From Octopus sinensis (Eukaryota), in contig NC_043003.1 of assembly GCF_006345805.1 (NCBI RefSeq), forward strand, positions 113,894,001-113,958,000: a DNA stretch of 64,000 bases, given 5' to 3'. Under the pieces are notes generated by a model. That model worked only from the letters and a program-made list of their open reading frames with translations, made no database searches and was not told where the DNA came from. Shown here piece after piece: positions 14,023-27,120 of this stretch. Positions within the stretch are counted from its first letter, which is position 1; every line of letters begins with the position of its first letter. The position numbers and the translations under genes were made by a program.

Positions 14023-14126
14023 GTTCTGATTTCGCCCCCTTCCGCACTCATCCAATTGATTTCCTGTGTCCTCTTCTCGGAGTCGATATCTTCGTTTTCA
14101 CTGACGGACATCATCATCATCAAGCC
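14023..14126 (-). CDS. Candidate 104-nt coding exon (GL)MMMMSVSENEDIDSEKRTQEINWMSAEGGEIR, unassigned
   Basis: Non-repetitive sequence, open frame, ctcctccttag acceptor and AAC|GTGAGC donor. No homology recognised. Confidence 0.2.
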
Positions 14127-14629
14127 CTAAGGAGGAGCTTTTGCTTCCTTACTGGTAGAAATAGCAGCCAACCACCACCCAGGAGACGCTTGGTAATGTG
14201 CTCCCTAAATCCTTAAAAGACATGAGTATCGGGGCAATGGCTAGAACGACTTATTACCATCGGATAGCTCGATGAAAATTAAGCTGGATTTAAATTTCCT
14301 CCTCCTCCTCCACCTTACCATCTCTACCACCATTATTCACTTAACCAGAATTATTTTCAACCATCACCTAATGATCCCAGTCAGCATCCACATTATCATC
14401 ACAACAACCAACTAACCTGCACCGCTTCGCCACGACTACCACCATCACCACCACCACCACCATCATCACATCGCCCTTGCGTAATCGCCTTAAGATTTCA
14501 TGGATTGTGTTTTTATTTATTTATTTATTTACTTATTTATTTTTTCTTTATAGAAGAAATTTCTGTTGTCTACGTTGGTCAAGTAGGTCGAAGGTCAAAT
14601 ACGTCCCTGTTGCAACCATCACGCGATTT

Positions 14630-14667
<38 letters not shown>

Positions 14668-15345
14668 GCGCGTGATCCTGGAAGGCTAGTAAAAAATTTG
14701 GTATTTCCAATGCAGCACTCGAACCGAACTTTGAAGCAATCTATACTTCTGAACTGTAATCTGAAGTCAGATCGAATTCTTTCAGTGCAGAATATCCAGG
14801 TGTTGCATCTATCAAAAGCAATGTGTGGGTTTGGCGAAGAATGAAACAGAAATCCAAAGGCAGCGGCGGCGGCAAAGAAAGAGAGAGTTTATTAAATCTT
14901 TATTGACCGATCAGAATTGTCTCTCGACGAATTGTTTTTAACGCCGTCGCATGGATAAAAAGCTCAATGTGAAAAGTTATGAATATTTGAAGTTTTAAAG
15001 CACTAGAGTGGCACTTCATCTACAGAGGCACAATGTAAGGGCGCAAATCTAATGAAGTGTCACGCTTATCTTTAAAACTACAAGTTCCATGTAACATGCT
15101 CACATTCAACACGTTGCGTACAATGGCGTCAAAAACAGAATGGTGCTGAAACAATTGTAACTGGTCATTGATGACGTGCTTATTACGATCACACACACAC
15201 ACACACACACCACACGTCTAGTGTATTCTTATCTAAGAGAATAAAACCTGATTTGAAGGAGATTTAGTTGCGTTCTGTTGCAGGTCGAGCGATTTTGATA
15301 CATTAGCGTTCAAACCCAAATGAGTTCAAATATTAATAACAATAC

Positions 15346-15555
15346 TTTCAAACTTTGGCAGCAGGCCAGCAATTTCGAGAAGGGGATGAGTTAATTACAT
15401 CGATCCCAGTCCTAAACTGGCACTTTCTTTATCGACCCCGAAAAGAGGAAAGGTAAAGTCGACCTCGGCAGAATTCGAACGCAGAACATAGTGACAAGCG
15501 AAATACTGCTAAGCATTTCGTCCATTCGTGCTAACGATTCTGCCAGCTCGCCGCC
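15346..15555 (-). mobile_element. SINE family A
   Basis: Core gtcgacctcggcagaattcgaac and head gccagctcgccgcc. Confidence 0.85.
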
Positions 15556-15638
15556 TTAAATAATAATGATTATAATAACATTGATACAAGTTTCAAATTT
15601 TGCCTCAAGGGCAGCAATTTTGGAGAAGGACACTAGTC

Positions 15639-16047
15639 GGATCTTTTCGGTTTGAACGGTAGTTTTTAACATAATTTCTAGGTAACTAAAAAATTTTTAA
15701 CTTCGTATACTGGTAGAATGTGTTTATAAAACATCTTTTTCTCTTGGCTTTATTGAGAAAATTCTATGGTTTGTAAGATATTTGGTCTTTAATTTCTTGC
15801 ATTTCGGCAATTTCAACCAATCAATGACCGTCTATTGAGGTGAAAACATTCTGTGCCGTATGAATATGTCCCTCGTTTAAGAAACAGATTGGGTCTATTT
15901 ACATTTGTGAAGAAAAAAAGATACCCTCCCCCACCCCTAACCCTAAAAGAGATTGAAATGCAATAGATCGATACTTGGGTCATAATTATGGGTGACAATT
16001 TCATATGACACCGCTAGAAAAAACTGCCGTTCAAACCGAAAAGATCC
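15639..16047 (+). mobile_element. MITE copy 1 (Merlin-like), inserted in a family A SINE
   Basis: TIR ggatcttttcggtttgaacgg/ccgttcaaaccgaaaagatcc; flanks cactagtc/gactagtc (7/8). It interrupts the SINE motif actagtcgattacatcgac. Confidence 0.9.
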
Positions 16048-16552
16048 GACTAGTCGATTACATCGACACCAGTGCGTAACTGGTATTTAGTTTATCGACC
16101 CTCGAAAGGATGAAAGGCAATAACAACAGTAATAATAATCATAATAATGATAAAAAAAATGAAGAACTACAATAACAATAACAACAATGATGAAGTCTGT
16201 TCTTAAATTAGGATGCAGTGTGGAAACAATCACCTGAGTGCCCAGTACATAACTGGTATTTAGTAGTAGTAGTAGTGAAAACACCAGCAAGCTATGGCAG
16301 CTGCACGTTTTTGTATAGGGTTTATATGTATAAAATGACTTTTTATATGAAGAGAATTGAAAAGGTGGGGAGTGGGCGGAGGGAGAGACGGGTGGTGGAG
16401 AGAAGGGAGGTGGAGGAGGCGAGCGTTGAGTGTGAGAAACGAAAAAATGAGATGAAGTAACAAGATAGTGACATAAGATTATAATTATATAAATATTTAA
16501 TGTGTGTGTGTGTGTATGTATATGCATATTTATATACACATATATATATGCA

Positions 16553-16597
<45 letters not shown>

Positions 16598-16719
16598 TCA
16601 CATATACATATATGCAATTATGTATATGTATATATACGTATATATGTATATACTATGTATTTACATATATTTATTTACTATATACACATATTTACCTATA
16701 CACATATTTATATATATGT

Positions 16720-16960
16720 GGATATACTATATATACACACATATGTACAATATATATATATATATATATATACATACACATATGTACAATATATATACAT
16801 ATATATATACATACACATATGTACAATATATATACATATATATACACATACACATATGTACAATATATATACATATATATACACATACACATATGTACAA
16901 TATATATACATATATATACACATACACATATGTACAATATATATATATATATATATATAC
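16720..16960. repeat. Minisatellite, ~32-bp unit (atatacatacacatatgtacaatatatatac)n
   Basis: Direct reading of the sequence. Confidence 0.9.
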
Positions 16961-17377
16961 ACACCACACATATATATACACATATATTTACATACATATA
17001 TATGTGTGTGTTCTTTCAGTGGTGTAAACCATCCGACAACGGCCATGTTGGGTCGTTGCCTTCAACACTATCAGAGTCCGAATTCACTTCCGTTTATTTT
17101 GTCTTTTTAAGTTTGGTGCATATTTTATCGATCTCCTACTTTGCCGAGAGCGAAGTAACAGCGACAGAAAAGAAAGAAATCGCGCGGGCGCGCACAAAGA
17201 TCGCAAAGCCAGGTTTGAAATAAATACATAAATATATAAAACAAAAAGAAGTCGCCCCTTATTGAACCAAGTTCATCGAATACAGCGCTCCTGTGGACTT
17301 CATAGTATATCCACATATATATAAATATATATATGTGTATATGTATATACAGTATATCCACACACATACTCATATAA

Positions 17378-17432
<55 letters not shown>

Positions 17433-17439
17433 ATTCTTT

Positions 17440-17617
17440 CATTTTTGTCATTTGACCGCGGTCATGCTGGAGCACCGCCTTCAGCCGAATGAATCGACCC
17501 CAGGACTTATTCTTTGTAAGACTAATACTTATTCTATCGGTTACTTTTGCCGAATCGCCAAGTCACAGGGACGTAAACACGCTAGCATTGGTTGTCAAGC
17601 GATTGTGGAGGATAAAT

Positions 17618-17673
<56 letters not shown>

Positions 17674-18075
17674 ATATATTAATAAATAAAACATATGCAT
17701 ATATACATATATGTACGTACCTACATCTATATGTATATATACACGTATATATGAGTACAGGACACCAAAAAAACGTCGAACACAATGAGAAACAAAAACA
17801 GACACAAACCCAAGGAACTGGACATTTTTTAAACAACAACAAAAATGGAGTACAGGACAAATAACACAAGGAAAAACCCTTCTTCAGTCGCCATGGTTTC
17901 ATCTACTCTACGTTTCGAAGGTGAACACGACGGGCCTCTTTCACTTTCCGTCTGCCAAATCTACCCACAAGGCTTTGGTCAGCCTGAGTCTGTAGCAGAA
18001 GACACTTACCCGCAGTGGGACTGAACTCGGAAGCATGAGGTTGGTAAGCAAGCTACTCACCACACAGCCACTCCT
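17440..18075 (-). mobile_element. SINE family B split by a family F insertion
   Basis: Tail half at 17440-17625 and head half at 17934-18075; the intervening 17690-17930 matches 2290-2560. Confidence 0.75.
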
Positions 18076-18311
18076 GTATAATATATATCATAAATCCTAT
18101 TACAGCTCATAAATAAATTTAAAAGGTTTGTGTGTGTGTTTTTCTGCACACATGTATTTGTCTCAGTCATCGAACTGACTACAACCATGGAGAGAAGTGT
18201 GAAATTCTGAAAACGAATCAGGCGTGCAAGTTGACTCCCATTGTTTAACTCTTTCTTGCCCAACCGCTTTGTTGGGACGATGACATACCAACACCGGCGA
18301 TGACATACCAA

Positions 18312-18545
18312 GGCGGCGAGCTGGCAGAAACGTTAGCGTGCCGGGCGAAATGCTTAGTGGTATTCCGTCTGCCGCTATACGTTCTGAGTTCAAATTCCGC
18401 CGAGGTCGACTTTGCCTTTCATCCTTTCGGGGTCGATTAAATAAGTACCAGTTACGCACTGGGGTCGATACAATCGACTTAGTCCGTTTGTCTGTCTTTG
18501 TTTGTCCCTTCTATGTTTAGCCCCTTGTGGGTAGTAAAGAAATAG
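18312..18545 (+). mobile_element. SINE family A (left monomer) with target-site duplication
   Basis: ggcggcgagctggcag head and GTTCAAATTCC B box; ends gtaaagaaatag; gatgacataccaa on both sides. Confidence 0.9.
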
Positions 18546-19894
18546 ATGACATACCAACACCGGTTGGGTCACACACACATGACACAGGCAGACTGACAGA
18601 CAGACAGAAGACGCACAAAGAGACAGACAGACACACGCAGACGACACCCCCACCCCAGCACCTTTATAGCTGTTTGAGTGTCTATTTTCCGGTTTATATG
18701 CATGAAACTGTGGATGCAGATTGTTGCATAATCATTTTCACTGGGGGTGACGCTTGCAAAAAATCGTGGCCACATTCTCTTTTGATCCTTCCATATAAAA
18801 TGATTAAAATATGCGGTGATGCATTGAAACAGAAGCCCGTCGTCCTGAATACAGTTCTGTTGAAATTAGACAGGAAGATCATAATTAGGAAGATCATAAG
18901 ACGCCCTCAGCCGTTTGCTGGTGAATATGACCAGAGCAGGTGCTTAAACAAGTTTTTCACTGCTTTTGATCTTGCAATAGACTGTTTATACCACCACCAC
19001 CAAGAATTAACTGTACTTAACAAACGAGCTGGGGTTTTTTTTCCCATGAGACAGCATCATATCACTACCACTACCACTACTACTACTACTACTGCACTCG
19101 TTGCTAAATTTAACTCATTTGTTCACTTAAAATGTTTCCCTTGGAAGAAAATATTTTCAGTTTCAATACAAAGAATCATTTAAGGAATTATAAAGTTATT
19201 CACCTTAATTCTGTTTTCATTTCTAAAAACAAAAAAATGAAGCTTATATTTGGGTGCTTTTTAATTAGGTAAATAATTGAAATTTAGGTTTTCTTTTTCG
19301 GTGAATATTTAAGAAATAACTTTTTAATATGGTTTAAGTGGTTTAAGTAAAAATGCTTATTTTTAAAGTGTTTTATTTCATTTTCTGCAAACTCAGTGTA
19401 TTACATTGCACAATATTTACATTTACTTAGATGACTTCTCCGTAAACAAATTCCTTAGACAAGTTTCTCTTTACATCATAATGTGTCTTTCTGTCGATCT
19501 GAAGAGACTTTGTTGCTTTTATGGTAGGTTGTGAAAACGAAAATTCTCTCGTCTGTGAATACGAATATCTACGTTGGTAATACTTGAGGTACACAATGAA
19601 TATCTGAAGGACGTTTTAAATAATAATTTTCTCCACAATATTAACGCAACATATTTGAAATGCCATTGCCAAAATTTCCTCATACATAAACAAAGTGATA
19701 AATGATAGGTTTTTAGGGAAATTTTAATCACGATAAAGAACATTCCACGATGTATTTATCATTATTTTCGATTTCAGCAAATAGTTAAGTGGTGAATAAT
19801 AGATTTACCAGAGAAAATGTTTTTTAGCCTATCAAAGTAAAGTCGTTTCCTATGGTAGAAGAAATTGTAGTCGAACAACCGAAATAAGTTAATA

Positions 19895-20057
19895 GGCGCA
19901 GGAGTGGCTGTGTGGTTAGTAGCTTGTCTACCAACCACATGGTTCCGGGTTCAGTCCCACTGCGTGGCACCTTGGGCAAGTGTCTTCTACTATAGCCTCG
20001 GGCTGACCAAAGCCTTGTGAGTGGATTTGGTAGACGGAAACTGAAAGAAGCCCATCG

Positions 20058-20122
<65 letters not shown>

Positions 20123-20340
20123 GCGTGTGTGTGTTTGTGTGTCTGTGTTTGTCCCCTAGCATTGCTTGACAACCGATGCTGGTGTGTTTACGTCCCCGTT
20201 ACTTAGCGGTTCGGCAAAAGAGACCGATAGAATAAGTACTGGGCTTACAAAAGAATAAGTCCCGGGGTCGAGTTGCTCGACTAAAGGCGGTGCTCCAGCA
20301 TGGCCGCAGTCAAATGACTGAAACAAGTAAAAGAGTAAAA
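19895..20340 (+). mobile_element. SINE family B, full length
   Basis: A box TGGCTGTGTGG, B box GGGTTCAGTCCC, CORE-like ccttgggcaagtgtct, internal TA/TG microsatellite and tail ..gactgaaacaagtaaaagag. Confidence 0.9.
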
Positions 20341-22091
20341 GCTGAAAGTTTTTAAGTAAATCCGTCGCTCTATAGGCCATCTTTCGTTTTGAACAAAGGA
20401 TGACCCTTTTTATCTCGTGTCTCCGTCTTTGAACTTTTATTCCACTTGCTTTGGAGAGTGAATTATGACCATTTTGTTTTCGGTGACGCGCGAAGAAAAA
20501 AAAATCAATTTTGAACATAAAGCAGAAGCCTTTTTGCTTCATATTTTGCAGACGTGAGTACAATGAATAAATTGCATTTCTCCAAATAAGCTATTTGAAA
20601 ATTCAGAAATGGCTGTGTAGCGAAGAAGCTCGCTTTGAAACCATGTGATTTCGTGTTCAATCCGAATGCGTCTGAAGAAGTCCCTTATGAGTGAATATGA
20701 TAGGCGGAAACTGTGCGGAAGCCCATCACATATGTATATGTGTGTGTCTGTATGTGTTTTTTGTTTCTCTTTGCTTCCACACTAACATTTGATAACCGGT
20801 TCTGGTTTGTTCACATCTCAGTGATATAGCGGTTCGGTAAATGAGACCGGCAAGAACAAGTACAAAACTTAAAAAGTAAGAACTCGGGTGGATTTTATCA
20901 ATCAGCCCTTTAAGGCGATTCCCCAAGTAAACAAGATGAGAAAAAATCTGCAGAAATTACAAGAGACTGATATTTCTTACGAATATTTACGTTTTGAGAT
21001 CAAATCCCGCCGAGGTCAACTTTGACTTTCATCTCTTTAAGGTCAATAAAACGCAATATCAGTTAAGTACTGGAGTCGATGTTATCGATTAAGCTCTTTC
21101 CCTACCCAAATGCCTTTGAACCGAAATTAGAAACATCATCATCAACAACAACAGCAGCAGCCATTCAAGAATTTGGACCTGGAGATCTCCATTTCCAGCG
21201 ACTTCGAGGGTCACCTTCCAGTGGTGTCGGGCGTCAACGAAGCACCCTCGACTACAACAAGACAACCAAAGTTTTTTTTTCTCCAAGGTCTGGGGTCTCC
21301 CGCCCCTAAGCCAAGATCATCACCTAATCACCCTTACCCGTCTTGTTGCTTAACAACAACAACAGCAGCAGCAGCAGTAACTTCCTTACTGTTATGAAGA
21401 CTTCAGAATGTCCTTAAAGATCAACTGTACCGCTTTTTGCTCATATTTCTGGGTGAATTCATCTGATAAGAATCCCTTCAAAGTAAACCAATATGTCAAA
21501 CTAGTCCCTAATTACAATCCAGAAACTTTGGGGGTCCCTTGATTAGCTCCAGCTGGTCTTCTCATCTATCGAAACGTTTTCCATTTTGTATCCTAAAGGC
21601 GCCTTCCATTGCCCCCTGTATAATTTTATGGTCTCCACCCCGGCGACGGGTTTTGTAATGATTCCTCTTCCGTCGATAAAAGAAACCATTATTTACATTA
21701 ATATGGAACAAATAATGGTCGCTGAACGGACCAAATTACTTTGTCGTGTGTCGTTGTATGAACTTCTACACTTAACACCGCAACGATTTCACATTGATGT
21801 TTGTCCTTGAAGGTTGTTACCAGTCAAGTCACTAATGGTGACCCGATCCACAGAAGGATAAACGGTGATATCTCTCCTAAAACAATGGAGATCTGGGATG
21901 GAGGACAATGGTACTGTGATTGTTGACGAAGTTACCGATAATGTTGTGTTTGACATTGAGCAAGACAAAGGTGGAAGTTGCTTATCAATCGATGAAGATA
22001 ACAATTAGTCAGACTTAGTGTAATTAGCGTCAAACTTACATGTAGAAGATTTCTTTCTGTGTTAGAAATTATTTTTACTACTTTGTAATGC

Positions 22092-22465
22092 AGTGAGCTG
22101 GCTGAGTGGTTAGCACACCGGGCAAAATGTTTTGCGGTATTTCGTGTCTTCACGTTCTGAGATCAAATAGCGCCGTGGTCGACTTTGCCTTTCACCCTTT
22201 CGAAGTCTATGAAATAAGTCCCAGTTGAACACTGTCATCAATGTAATCGACTCATTCCCCTCTCTACCAAATTTCAGGCCTTCTGCCTACAATAGAAACG
22301 ATTATTATTATTATTATATTATTATTATTATTAATTCCACCGAGGTCGACTTTTCCTTTCATTCTTTCGGGGTCGATAAAGTGAAACACTGGGGTCGCTG
22401 TAATCGACCAGTCCCCTCCCCAAAGATTTCAGGCCTTGTGCCTATAGTAGAAAGGATTCTCATTA
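22092..22465 (+). mobile_element. Two tandem family A SINE copies with (ATT)n tails
   Basis: gtgagctggc head, gtcgactttgcc cores and aatttcaggcc..agtagaaaggatt tails. Confidence 0.8.
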
Positions 22466-23949
22466 TTATTGTTATTCCTAGAGCTCTAGGAGAATGACAC
22501 ACACACACACAAAACACATACACAACACACACATGCACATACAGTTTTTGACCAGGCCCTTTGACATTTTAATTTCAAATTTAAGACAGTGTTGAATTGA
22601 CTGAAATATGGCCGACACCAGTAATATACCGCTCTCAATGTAGCGCACTATACATTAATACCAGTGGTTTTCACGGAGCTAGTTTAGTTGTGTTTTGCTG
22701 TAGTAGTAGTAGTATTAGACTAAGAAATGATCAACAATGCGTTTATAATTGAACCGTCTTTTTTTAAGTTGTTGCAGATGACAATTATGCAACACCAATA
22801 CATACATTCACATGCGCACGCGCAGATGGATGCACACTAAGAAAAGAAAAAAAACTTAGATGCACAGACGGATTCAAAAGGCATTGGAACCTAGAAAAGC
22901 AGAAACTCTCAGAGATAAACATATCGCTGTGCATCATGGGTGGAGTATATTACGAGTTTGTGCATGTACATATTTCAAATTTTGTTTCATGTGTGTAAAC
23001 GCGTAACGTAGTGTTGGACTTTTGATTGAAAGAGTGTAGTTTCGATCCCTCGACCAGGCAATGCGTCGCGTTCTTGAACAAAACACTTCACGTTGAGTAA
23101 TCCTGCAACAGACCGATATCATCCCATCCTGTCTGAAGTATATGTATTTAGTGTGGCTTCTATAGAGAAGGAGCAAAATAAATTCTATTATTATTGTTGT
23201 ATACACACACACACACACACATTTATTATAATTCATTCACAAGAATGGTATTGACAGGGACTTCGAAATTTCAGTGTGTTTAGCCATGATTCTAGTTAAA
23301 GGAAAAATTTGTACCAAATGTATTGAATAATTCTTAAATCTAGTGTAAAATTGTCTTTATTATAGCGCGCGCGCACACATAGCTATGAGGGTCAAAATTT
23401 CATTTCACACCTACTTCGTCTGGGGTTACATTCGGAAGCCCTTTGGCAGGTGCCTTCTGTGTCAGCATCGGATCGGCCACAGAATTGTATTAAAGGTCTT
23501 CGTAGACAGAAGACATGGAGAAGCTGGTTGCGGTGGTTTTGTCAGTCAGTTTAACTTCAGCATCTAAAGCTTTGGATGTCTTTGATGGAATCCACTCTAT
23601 CGCAAGCATTCGGGCCAACAAACAGGTCTGATGCTACATTTTCCTCTTCCTCCCACTGCTAATAGAGGCTCTAAAGAGAATAATGGACACTAATTGAACC
23701 ACTTTTACTAAGCCGTGTGTGTAAGACAAAGAATGAATTTAACCCAAATTTAATTCTGTTACAGTTCTTTCTTCGCCCTACGCTGTTTGTAAATGACTCT
23801 GAGTTACAGATTTTGCAATTTGTGTGGTTGGATATGTTGAAATGGAGGTTTACCAGCATTAAGTCGGGCTTCTGTCCATTTTCCATTGCTTATATAGGGT
23901 GGGTGCAGGACAGAAGAATCAGTCCAAAGTTAATAACAACGAAGAAGAA

Positions 23950-24530
23950 GAAATGGAGGTTGTAAAAGTTTTACACTGGAAACTGTACCAGAAATGGGAA
24001 TTTGAAGATGGTTACACTTGGTAAAGTAATCGAGTCGAAAGAGAACTGGAGTCGGAGAAATGTAGGATTTAGTAGACTTTCGTACTCAAACGGACAAGAA
24101 GTTAGAAAATAATTGACGGGACATAATTGAAAATAAGCAAAAGCAAAATTACTTACAGAACGACCCATCATACCCGTTTGATTCTAGGATCGTACAGAAA
24201 CAGGAGGAAAAAACAAAAAATACTATTCCTTAAAATTTGAAATAGGAAGAATTTGGAGCATGAGAACAGTAAAGGTCGTGCCTATAATAATTGGTAAGTC
24301 AAAATATAGACAAATGACTGAAGGAGATTGTAATAGAATGCCTGGTAGAGTTCCTACATGAAGTTTGTCTCGAAGTGACAGCAAGGATTATCAGGAGAGT
24401 TGTAAGCCCTTGAAAGTCTGCTGAAAACTTCTGTGTACCTAGGGTTACATGTAGTAAGCCGCTGCTCAGCTAAATCCTATTAGGAATAAGACCGATTCTG
24501 AGACAAACCAAAATAATAATAACTATTAAC
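23950..24530 (+). mobile_element. R4/Dong-like RLE LINE, 3' fragment
   Basis: EVVKVLHWKLYQKWEFEDGYTW..ELESEKCRI... The 3' UTR ggaataagaccgattctgagacaaaccaaaat matches 60455-60490 and is followed by aataataat. Confidence 0.65.
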
Positions 24531-24834
24531 CATAAAACTTTTACATAGAAAAGATGCATAGTGGACAGCCCAGGACAAGCAGAATGGGTGGGTTACATGA
24601 AAGCCATGTCAAATGAAATCCGTGTAAATAATGAAAAACAATCGATTGTAACAACAAAATTCTCCAAAAGATGGAGACCTCCCTGGACTGCTCGCGGAGA
24701 CCCCACAAATCCACGGCAGTCCTGGCCACTAGGATAAGCACCCTCTCCACTTTGTCTACAGGTACATGCTTAGAGTAGGCCCATTCACACTGGCCATTCT
24801 AAAAATGATAATAATAATAATAATAATAATAATA

Positions 24835-24990
24835 GAATGTCCTGTATAGCTTCTACAAGAAGTTTGCTTCTTAAGGAGAGGGAAGATTAGCAGGAGGGTC
24901 TTAAGCACCTGAAAGACTATTGTAAATACCTAAGGTCACAGGTATTAACCCGTTACCCAAAAATTCTACCGTGAATAAGAACAAACCTAG
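24835..24990 (+). mobile_element. R4/Dong-like LINE, extreme 3' end
   Basis: Preceded by (AAT)n; 3' UTR similar to 9015-9100; abuts a minus-strand SINE. Confidence 0.5.
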
Positions 24991-25190
24991 TCAACTAATA
25001 TTGGCTTCAAATTTTGTTACAAGGCCAGCAATTTCGGGATATGTCGATTAAGTCGACCGCGGTGCTCGACTGGTGCACATTTTATCGACACCGAGAAGAT
25101 GAAAAATGGAGTCAAAGCCAAAAAGGATAAAAGATGATGCCGACCTGGGGAGATTTGGACCCAGAACGTAAAGATGGACGAAATGCCAAA
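24990..25190 (-). mobile_element. SINE family A, degraded variant
   Basis: caaattttgttacaaggccagcaatttc tail and core remnants. Confidence 0.7.
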
Positions 25191-25650
25191 ACTAATAATA
25201 GAATAGAAGCGGCAATGATATATAATACAAACACATACGTAAAGCACATACACACACACACAGATGTAATATACCGTATATGGAAACTATAGCATGTACA
25301 CACACATACATTTTATGTTTTTAAATATAAACATATATACAAGATACGCACATACATATGCATTATTATATAGGCTGTTTTATAAACATACATACATATA
25401 TGTGTGTGGATTTATAATATATACATATAATATATACATATATATTTAATATATATATATATATATATACAAGATATACATATATGTATACTCCAATACA
25501 TTTTCTATGTCCAAAGTTTATTCTATACACACATTATATATGCATGTATATGTATATATTTTCTCTCTATCTGCACATATATATATACGTTTATATATAT
25601 TTATACGCATACGTATTTACAAATTATACACTTGCACACAGCTAGAAATA

Positions 25651-25713
<63 letters not shown>

Positions 25714-26124
25714 GCATACATTTATATATATATATATATATATATATGCATTTATATATATATATATATATCCATGCATTTCCATATTTGTACATATATT
25801 CATATATGCACACCCACACTTGCACGCATGCAAGCGTTTACGAGGATCATCTATATAATATAAACATATTCAGATGCATATATCCACATATATACACTTG
25901 TATACATATGCGTATAATCATATATATTCACACAAACATAAATCTATACGCACACAGACACATATATACATATACAATTTAAATATATATGCACATACAT
26001 ATAACAAACACAAGTTATATATCTATATATATAAAATCACAATAAGGGTGAAAAAAATTGAATATTAATTAATAACGTCAATTTAAAACACCAAGTGGCC
26101 TAGCGTACAAAAACTGAGATACAG

Positions 26125-26176
<52 letters not shown>

Positions 26177-27086
26177 TCACACACACATCTATATCCAATC
26201 ATTTGTAGCCGAGATATATATATTGTTTGCATTTCTGAATTTATTTTTCTTTTAATAAAAGCGACAAGCCTCTGGTAAACAGCAAAGCTGGCATCATTTC
26301 TTATGAGGCGGTACCTGTTGGTTTATCTCCATATCTAAACCATTGTTGACACATTGATGTCAACAATTTTTACACAGAATGTGCATTCAAAATGCACAGA
26401 CAGCTGCACCTGTGTGCACCAACAGCCACGTGTCTTCACGTAATTAAGGTGACAATTACACGTTAGTAAATAACAGTGCTCACGTAATACGTATGCCAAT
26501 GCTCTCTCTCTCTCTCTCTCTTTCTACGCACACTCACTCAGATCGAATATCTCTCTGTCTATCATCCATGTGCATGCACACGCTTTTTTTTTTATTTCTC
26601 ACATACTAATAGACAGATGCAAATATATCCACCCCACAAAAATTTTGGCCTCGGGTTAACCCCAGTCGAGTACAATAATGATTATAAATATTCAAACAAA
26701 TCGTCCCTATCGCCCTTTTTTTTATCCCCTAATACTAGAGTACACTGGACTCCATTTACAGAATGTGTCCTTTTTAACCTAGTGGAATGTGGTTTGGGCA
26801 GGACATGCATTTTATTGCAAGTAGGGCGAGCGGCCACATAAACCAAAGTCCTGTTAGAAACCAACAACTTTTCACAAAGCTGGTCTAGATTTTTGTAGCT
26901 GTTGTCTTCGCAAAAAGAATTTACACATTTAACGAGTTGGACGTTTCATTTTCTTTGCATGAAGCAACCAATATTTCTACGTTATTATTTAAACACTCAC
27001 CGTCAGATTTATAAACAACCCGAAAGATAATGTAAACACGTCCACCCATATAGCTCTAGCGTTTGTTTTTATTCTCACACATTCCA

Positions 27087-27120
<34 letters not shown>

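Noticed and set aside
16500-17223. Overlapping ORFs of 175-239 aa
   Set aside because: They are TA/CA microsatellite artefacts, open in several frames.
18527-19183. 218-aa plus-strand ORF, and a minus-strand acceptor at 18857 opening NCIQDDGLLFQC..
   Set aside because: No recognisable domain, no convincing donor, and the ORF ends are repeat-derived.
19895-19975. tRNA-like heads with A and B boxes
   Set aside because: These are SINE heads joined to SINE bodies, not functional tRNA genes.
21789-22060. S/T-rich minus-strand ORF and a possible 17-nt micro-exon (AG..CAT|GTAAGT)
   Set aside because: No homology recognised; such splice hexamers are expected by chance many times in 64 kb.
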